Assembly: GCA_045113315.1 (NCBI GenBank)
Contig: JBGUIX010000014.1
Location: 3,642-67,641, forward strand
From: Bacilli bacterium
Lineage (GTDB): Bacteria > Bacillota_I > Bacilli_A > RFN20 > CAG-826
Direction: 5' to 3'
Length of the DNA: 64,000 bases
The notes under the pieces are model-generated. The model had not been told where the DNA came from, searched no databases, and saw only the letters and a list, made by a program, of their open reading frames with translations. This document shows positions 57,470-64,000 of the stretch, one piece after another (position 1 is the first letter of the stretch; the number at the start of each line of letters is the position of its first letter). The position numbers and the translations under genes are program-made.

Positions 57470-60303
57470 ATGAAAAAATCATTAAGCTTAATTAAATTTT
57501 TAGGCGCCGGCTTCTTAAGCCTCGGCGCTATTTCCATATCTGCGGCAGCAATGAATCATACTTTTTCCAAAAACCAAAATGAAGTTGATGCAACAAGTGT
57601 GGACACTTATTATTCCACTGTTAGTGGTGATAAAAAAACAATCAACAAGGCACGTATAATTCTTTATTAGAAAGCATTAACACCAAAATAACTAATGGGA
57701 TTTCTTACACAGCTTATGACAATCTCAAAACCGCTTATGCAAAGACTTACGTTAGAAGTGATGGTTACACCTATGACATTTATTCCGATGTAACACAATA
57801 TACAGCTGGATCTGCTCATACAAGTTCAAGTAGTTATGTCGGTGGTGGTTACAATAAAGAACATACCATCCCACAATCATATTGGGGAAAAAGTACTAGC
57901 CAACAAGGGTGTGATTTATTTATTGTTCTTCCTTCAGATACATATGTGAACGGAAAGCGTTCAAATTATCCATACGGCATTACTTCTTCCGGAACATCAT
58001 ATCGTGGTTCTGGCGATCCAACAGGAAATAGATTGGGAACAACCACCAACACTAGTTATGTAAAAAGTGGCACTGTTTTCGAGCCTTTTGAATCAAGAAA
58101 GGGCGATCTTGCAAGAATATATTTCTACGCAGTAGCGATGTATTTAAAAAATGGGGCTCAAAATGGGGCCGTTAAAAACTGGACTGGCGGCGGAGAAGTT
58201 GATGGAAGCAAAACCATCTTCGGTTCCGGTACAGGATACAAAAGTTTTATCTATTCAAATTATTTAAATATGTTACTTGATTGGCATAAAAACGATCCTG
58301 TTTCTGCTGATGAGATTAAATTTAACAACGCTATTGAAGGCGTTCAAAAGAATAGAAATCCATTTATCGATCATCCATCATGGGTAGATATTATTTGGGG
58401 TGGAACATACGGCGCAAGCCAACAAAATGGTGAAGACACATCAAACGGTAATGCTGTTGTTGTGAACGGCCAAATTGAAGGTACAACACCATCTACAGAT
58501 CCAACAATTACAATTAATCCAACTTCTTTAACATTAACTGAAGGTGGAAGCACTGGAACAATTACTGCCACAGTTGCTAATGGTTCTGGAAATGTAACAT
58601 GGGAAAGCTCAGATACAGATGTTGTTACTGTTTCTAGTAGTGGCACAAATCAAACTACATGTACAGTTACTCCTGTAGCAGCGGGAACCACTACTATTAC
58701 AGCATCTTATTCCACTGCCACACCTGTTACGTGCTCTGTTACCGTTAATTCTTCCGGTGGAGGTGGAGATGACCCTGAAGTTGAATCAGAAATATTAGAT
58801 TTCACTGCTCAAAGCTATTCCGACCAAGAAGTTGTAGAAAGTTTATCAGGAACATATAGTTCTGTATCTTTAGATAAAGGCACAGGGAACAATGACCCAA
58901 AGTATTTTTCAAACGGAACTTCTGTTCGTTGCTATGGAGGAAACACTTTCACCGTTTCTAGTTCCACAAAAACAATAAAAAAGATTGAATTAACATTTGG
59001 AAGTAGTGACGGATCAAACGCCATAACCACAGATGTTGGAACATATAGTAGCGGAACTTGGACAGGAAGCGCTTCTTCAATTACATTTACAATCGGTGGA
59101 ACTTCAGGAAATAGAAGAATCCAAAAAATAACTGTTTATTACGAATCATCAACACCAACTCCAACACCAGTCATATCATTAAATAAATCATCTGATGAAA
59201 TTTCTGTTGGAGACGATACCTCATTGACGGCCACAGCTTCAGGTGGAACAGGAAACATTACATGGTCTATTAGTGAAGGAGATGAAGGCGTTGTTTCTTT
59301 AAGCTCTACAACAGGTACAACAATCACTATAACTGGTGAAAGCGAAGGTACGGCCACAATTACAGCCACTTATAGTGGAGTTTCAGCAACTTGTGAAATA
59401 ACAGTATCATCATCTGTTGATCCAGTAGTTTCGGGCGATTACACAATGACATTAGATTCAAGCGTGAGCGGCCAAAAAAATGTTCACTGGACATCAGCAT
59501 CTCAAGCATCTCTAGAATACGATAATGTTACATGGTCAACTTCTATAACTGGTACCACTTCAATCACTACTCAAACAGAATATGCTCAAATTGGATCAAA
59601 AAACAACCCAGCAACGAAAATTACTATTTCTACTACTGCATTTGCAGGTATGAAAATTACTAGCGCCTCATTAACTGGCTATTGTATGAGTAATACCGGC
59701 CCAACTATAACTATTACAGCTGGATCGACAACGATGCTAAATGCGCAAAGTCTAGTTAAGAACGAATCAACAGTTTATGAAACAACATCAGATCCAGTAA
59801 TTTTACCAGCTAACGGTGTGTTAACATTTACTATTAATTCTTCAGCTAAAGCTGGAATAGCAATTAGTGAAATAGTTGTCAATTACGTCGATATTCAAGA
59901 CGTTGCGGAAAAATATGCTAAATCATTTATGGAGTCTGGCATATGCGGTACTAACGACAAAACACCGGCCAGCGCTTCAATTTGGAATAGCATGAACCAA
60001 GCTTTCCAAGATATTGATGAAGACGCTCAAGATATTTTAACAGAGGGTATTGCTAATCCTTCTGACACCAAATACTTAGGCAAATGTTTGGCTAGATATG
60101 ATCGAATTCTTTATTTACATGGTAAAGATACAACTCACTTCCCAGACTTCATGCATCGTAATGATGAAAACGGAGCAAACCAAGTTCGTGGATTGATAAC
60201 AAACAAATCTAACACTACATTAATATTAATAATGATTAGCATCACATCCACGATGATCGGATTCATATTCGTTGGTTATTATTTAAAGAAGAAAGAGAGA
60301 TAA
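57470..60303 (+). pseudogene. Endonuclease-I + Ig-like surface protein paralog 3, interrupted by a -1/+2 frameshift at an A7 tract (57632..57638)
   Basis: Signal peptide ORF 57470..57670 ends YYSTVSGDKKTINKARIILY*. The frame from 57634 continues NNQQGTYNSLLESINTK...NKEHTIPQSYWGK...NRNPFIDHP... through to 60303. One extra A (A8) would give a continuous EndA-like N-terminus (…GDKKNNQQGTYNSLLESI…). Confidence 0.6.
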
Positions 60304-60404
60304 GTTAATAAGCTTATCTTTTTTTCAAAAAACTCTAATAATTAGTATCCTTATTATTTATAATATATACGTTCCTTTTGAAGGTTGGACACTTAAGGAG
60401 AAGT

Positions 60405-60875
60405 ATGAAAACATTAATTATGCTTAGTGCTGTCCCAGCAGCCGGTAAAACAACCTGGGCTAAAAAATATCAAGCTGAACATCAAAATGTCTACATCATC
60501 AATAGTGATGAAGTAAGACTAGAAATAACTCATGGAGATTATCAGGATCATTCCCATCAAAAAGAAGTTTGGGAATTATTTGAAAGACGCATTCATGAAT
60601 ACGCGAATAAAGGTGATGATGTCACCGTTATATTAGATGCTTTAAATGATGTTAATGAGGTGAGATATAAATATTTAAGCACCACTCCTGAATACGATAA
60701 AAAGATATTAGTCTTATTCCCGACATCATTAGAAAAATCATTACATTATAATGGTGAAAGGGTGTGGCCTAATAAAGTACCGGATGATATCCTTGTGGGG
60801 TTAGTTCATAAATTTGAACAACCAAATGAAAAAGTTCTATCACTTGTAGATGAAGTTATTACTATTAAATGGTAA
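60405..60875 (+). CDS. P-loop kinase-like ATP-binding protein (AAA_33 / polynucleotide-kinase or zeta-toxin-like fold)
   Basis: Walker A SAVPAAGKTTWA; start set at ATG 60405 behind AAGGAGA. Confidence 0.5.
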   Translation: MKTLIMLSAVPAAGKTTWAKKYQAEHQNVYIINSDEVRLEITHGDYQDHSHQKEVWELFERRIHEYANKGDDVTVILDALNDVNEVRYKYLSTTPEYDKKILVLFPTSLEKSLHYNGERVWPNKVPDDILVGLVHKFEQPNEKVLSLVDEVITIKW

Positions 60876-60928
60876 TAATTTTTTATTTTGTTATTATTAT
60901 ATTAACTACGTATACATAGGAGTAAATT

Positions 60929-63900
60929 ATGTTATCGATTAAAAACCTAACAAAGATTTACAAAACAAAAGGTGGAGAAGACACTAGAGCGTTAGATAAT
61001 GTCTCTTTAGATTTTCCTGAAAAAGGAATGATCTTCTTACTTGGTAAATCTGGAAGTGGTAAATCCACATTATTAAACCTCATCGGTGGTTTAGATTTCC
61101 CAACCTCTGGTGAAATCATTTTAAAAGGAAGAAGTAGTAAAGATTTCTCTCAATCCGATTTTGATAGCTATCGTAATACTTACGTTGGTTTCGTCTTTCA
61201 AGAATACAATATTCTTAACGAATTTAACGTTGAACAAAATCTTGCTTTAGCGATTGAATTACAAAACAAAAAAGTTAAAAAAGAAGATGTTGATCGTCTA
61301 TTAAAAGAGGTCGATTTAGAAAACTTTGCGAAAAGAAAACCAAATACCTTATCCGGTGGTCAAAAACAAAGAATCGCGATTGCTAGAGCCCTTATTAAAG
61401 CTCCTAACATCATTATGGCGGATGAACCAACAGGCGCTTTAGATAGTAAAACCGGCGAACAAGTTTTTGAAACATTAAAGAAATTATCTTCTGATAAATT
61501 AGTTATCGTTGTTTCTCATGATCGAGATTTCGCAGAAAGATTTGGTGATCGTATCATCGAACTTAAAGATGGAAAAGTGTTAAGCGATGAAACAAAAGAA
61601 TATAAACAACCAGAAAGAATCTCTGATAACGTCGCGATCATCAATACTCATGCGATTAAGATTGAAGATGCGAAGAAATTAACGAAAGCAGATTTTGAAA
61701 AATTATATGATGCGATTAAACAAGGCGATGGAAAAGTCTTCATCTCCAGTGGCGAAAACGCGACTAAATCCATGAAGGTCGCTCGTATCCAAGAAGATGG
61801 CACTAGCGATGAATTTGCTAAGACTAAAGAAGTTAAAGTCAAAGAATATGACGCTAGTAAAACTAAATTTATCAAATCCAGAATGCCGTTAGGTAAATCC
61901 ATTAAGATGGGTTTATCTTCCTTAAAAACTAAACCAGTGAGATTAGTATTTACTATGCTTTTATCCGTGATTAGTTTCTCCCTATTTGGTGTAGCGGCTG
62001 GCTTAATGTTATATAACGATTCACATACTTATAGTGAAACATTAAAGAAAACTGACTATTTAGCGGAACCATTACAAAAGATTTCCAAAGGTAAACAAGT
62101 TTATCAAGAAATCAGTGATGGTAAAGTGGTTAGAGAAAATAAATATGATTCCACGCGTGAAGAATTATTTGGTGTTAATGAAGTCAAACAATTAAATGAA
62201 AATAGCCATGGCTTAGTCTATGTTGGTGTTGGAGGATCTAATAATTACGGTTCCTCTAATTTCCCATTCATGGGATTAGGCATGAAAAAGAACGCCAAAT
62301 TCTATAGCACTTATTATGGAATTAATTATTATTCTGATCTTGGAGAAGAAGCGATTAAAAAGCTCGGTTATCAAATTGAAGGTAATTATCCAACAAATAA
62401 AGAAGAGATTCTTTTACCAAAAATATTTGGTGAAATGCTCATTGATTCCGAAGCCACCACTAAAAAATCAATCAATGAATTAATTGGTGAAGAATTTAAT
62501 TTTTCCTTTGGAAACAGCACTAAACCAATAATTCTTTCTGGTTTCTATGACGCAGGCGCTATTCCAGAAAAATATAAACAATTAGCAAACGAAGAAAGCA
62601 AATTATCCTCTAAAGAAAAAGATGATTTATCTAATGATTTCTATGCCTTTATGGGTGATAGCTTCAACTGCGTAGCTTTCGTTACTTCTGATCTATATGA
62701 CACAGTTGTTCAAAAGAATTCTTCCTCTGTTTATATTCCTCTTTACTATCGTAATGGTATTAGACTTAGCGAATACGAAATTAAAGAAGATATCACACCA
62801 GACTTTGGTCAAGCTTTCTATACAGAAACTACTTATAACACAAACAAAGCTTATATTAAGCTCTACGATAGAAACGGTAATCCAGTTACTGATATTTCAT
62901 CATTAGGCGATAAACAAGCTTATGTTGGTGAGAGTATGTTCTATGGTAACTCACAAAGTGTTGTCACTAATTTCTATCTAGATTTCTTAAATTCTTATAA
63001 TAGGAGTGAACTTTCAAAATTCATGCCCACATATAGCATATATGCACAAAGCGCTAGTGATCAAATTCAAGAGCTTATTTCAAATATTGGTGCCCCTGAA
63101 TCTTTAGAGCAAGCCGCGATGATATATGAAACATTTGGGGATGAATTTGAAGTTGCTTATAAAATCCAAAAATTCTTTGGTGAGTTTAGAGGTTCTCCAT
63201 CTTATTCCACTCTTCCTCAAACGGACAGAACAAAAATAGATGAAATTTATAATTCTGAATATAACGAAACTAGCGATGTTGAATTCTTATATAACATCAT
63301 GGTCGAACATTTTGATGAATTTGTTCCAAACTATTTACCATATTATTATTTAAGCCTAGCTTATAACTATCGTGACACCCAATATCAAGAAATCTTTGAT
63401 AACAACCCAGACATGGTCGCTTTGGCTGAAAAGAATAGAGAAGAATGGACCTCTCAAGACGTGACAAAAGTCACCGCATTCCTTGAAGATAATTTCTCAA
63501 GAAGTCTCTCCCCATATTCGTCTGAATGGTATTCTCGCTTAGCGGGTTATACATTTGTTAATTATAAAGCCCCTGCGGATAGTGTCTTTAATCCAGCTGG
63601 TATTTCTAAATTGAATTATAAAAACTACAATGGCGAAACAGGTAAAATCGATGTTGTCGGTTATTTCACCGTTGATGCTGAATCTTATGGTGGAGATATG
63701 ATCTTAATGAAACAATCATATATCGATTCCATCACCTTAGAAAGTAAGGGTGGCGGTAGTCAAAGCATTTACTTCTACGAAACTAATTATGTCGCTCCAG
63801 AAGACGCTAGATATACACGAGCGATGGTTCAAACCAATTATTCCTTTGGCGAAGTTGAATTCATGCGTAAGAGTAACGATAAAACTTTCACTTATAACTT

Positions 63901-64000
63901 AACTAGCCCTGCTTATCAAAAAGCCAATTTTGTTGTCGCTATGATCATCATCTTAAAAAATGTGTTCTTATGGGTTGGTGTTGGTTTCGGTATCTTCGCC
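60929..64000 (+). CDS. Fused ABC transporter ATP-binding domain + large extracytoplasmic domain + FtsX-like permease (MacB-like), 3' end beyond window
   Basis: Not in ORF track (no stop in window). My own translation gives MLSIKNLTKIYKTKGGEDTRALDNVSLDFPEKGMIFLLGKSGSGKSTLLN...LSGGQKQRIAIARAL...IMADEPTGALD, then TM segments and a long extracellular region. RBS ataGGAGtaaattATG. Confidence 0.75.
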   Translation, partial: MLSIKNLTKIYKTKGGEDTRALDNVSLDFPEKGMIFLLGKSGSGKSTLLNLIGGLDFPTSGEIILKGRSSKDFSQSDFDSYRNTYVGFVFQEYNILNEFNVEQNLALAIELQNKKVKKEDVDRLLKEVDLENFAKRKPNTLSGGQKQRIAIARALIKAPNIIMADEPTGALDSKTGEQVFETLKKLSSDKLVIVVSHDRDFAERFGDRIIELKDGKVLSDETKEYKQPERISDNVAIINTHAIKIEDAKKLTKADFEKLYDAIKQGDGKVFISSGENATKSMKVARIQEDGTSDEFAKTKEVKVKEYDASKTKFIKSRMPLGKSIKMGLSSLKTKPVRLVFTMLLSVISFSLFGVAAGLMLYNDSHTYSETLKKTDYLAEPLQKISKGKQVYQEISDGKVVRENKYDSTREELFGVNEVKQLNENSHGLVYVGVGGSNNYGSSNFPFMGLGMKKNAKFYSTYYGINYYSDLGEEAIKKLGYQIEGNYPTNKEEILLPKIFGEMLIDSEATTKKSINELIGEEFNFSFGNSTKPIILSGFYDAGAIPEKYKQLANEESKLSSKEKDDLSNDFYAFMGDSFNCVAFVTSDLYDTVVQKNSSSVYIPLYYRNGIRLSEYEIKEDITPDFGQAFYTETTYNTNKAYIKLYDRNGNPVTDISSLGDKQAYVGESMFYGNSQSVVTNFYLDFLNSYNRSELSKFMPTYSIYAQSASDQIQELISNIGAPESLEQAAMIYETFGDEFEVAYKIQKFFGEFRGSPSYSTLPQTDRTKIDEIYNSEYNETSDVEFLYNIMVEHFDEFVPNYLPYYYLSLAYNYRDTQYQEIFDNNPDMVALAEKNREEWTSQDVTKVTAFLEDNFSRSLSPYSSEWYSRLAGYTFVNYKAPADSVFNPAGISKLNYKNYNGETGKIDVVGYFTVDAESYGGDMILMKQSYIDSITLESKGGGSQSIYFYETNYVAPEDARYTRAMVQTNYSFGEVEFMRKSNDKTFTYNLTSPAYQKANFVVAMIIILKNVFLWVGVGFGIFA

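Noticed and set aside
61648-62906. Small ORFs 61648..61902 (-) and 62697..62906 (+)
   Set aside because: They fall inside (and antisense to, or out of frame with) the long fused ABC/FtsX coding sequence.
1-64000. Mycoplasma-type genetic code (TGA=Trp)
   Set aside because: Long uninterrupted ORFs are obtained with the standard code, and Trp is encoded by TGG in conserved motifs (e.g. metG).
1-64000. CRISPR arrays, rRNA/tRNA genes, IS elements/integrases
   Set aside because: No direct-repeat/spacer periodicity, no rRNA/tRNA-like conserved segments, and no transposase/integrase-like ORF were seen on either strand.

Overview
Low-GC, standard genetic code, Firmicutes-like chromosomal window; the traits look Erysipelotrichia/Mollicutes-like but I cannot confirm the lineage. 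Coding density is high, and almost all genes from 1 to 49,700 are on the minus strand. Content in order: an iron/siderophore-type ABC uptake operon (partial permease plus binding lipoprotein); a small inserted cassette (coiled-coil 4-TM protein, OLD/AbiEii-type AAA_21 ATPase, XRE HTH) next to a HicB-like/GlsB-like pair; rlmD; a surface 5'-nucleotidase lipoprotein; a metG-DUF3737-patB-like operon; a P-II-like/DUF1538 trio; an AbiEi-like wHTH gene next to a metallophosphoesterase; Fe-ADH; beta-carbonic anhydrase; rpmE; two large Big_3 Ig-like surface proteins. The largest block is a ~16 kb purinolytic cluster of the SDMH type. It carries a YgeW-like carbamoyltransferase, a YgeY-like M20 hydrolase, two fold-type-II PLP enzymes, two complete three-subunit xanthine-dehydrogenase-family molybdoenzymes, a PreA-like DHODH, an SsnA-like aminohydrolase, a hydantoinase, a MocA-like cytidylyltransferase and carbamate kinase. 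After it come serA-serC-DUF1015, gdhA and tldD/tldE. A plus-strand array then encodes three paralogous Endonuclease-I-domain surface proteins with Big_3 Ig-like repeats; the third is interrupted by an A7 homopolymer frameshift. The window ends with a fused ABC ATPase-FtsX permease that runs off the edge. No rRNA, tRNA or CRISPR array was found. The most likely novel items are the ATPase + TM + HTH cassette, the paired GC-rich intergenic elements, the attenuator-like leader, and the possibly phase-variable nuclease/nucleotidase scavenging system that feeds the purine-catabolic cluster.
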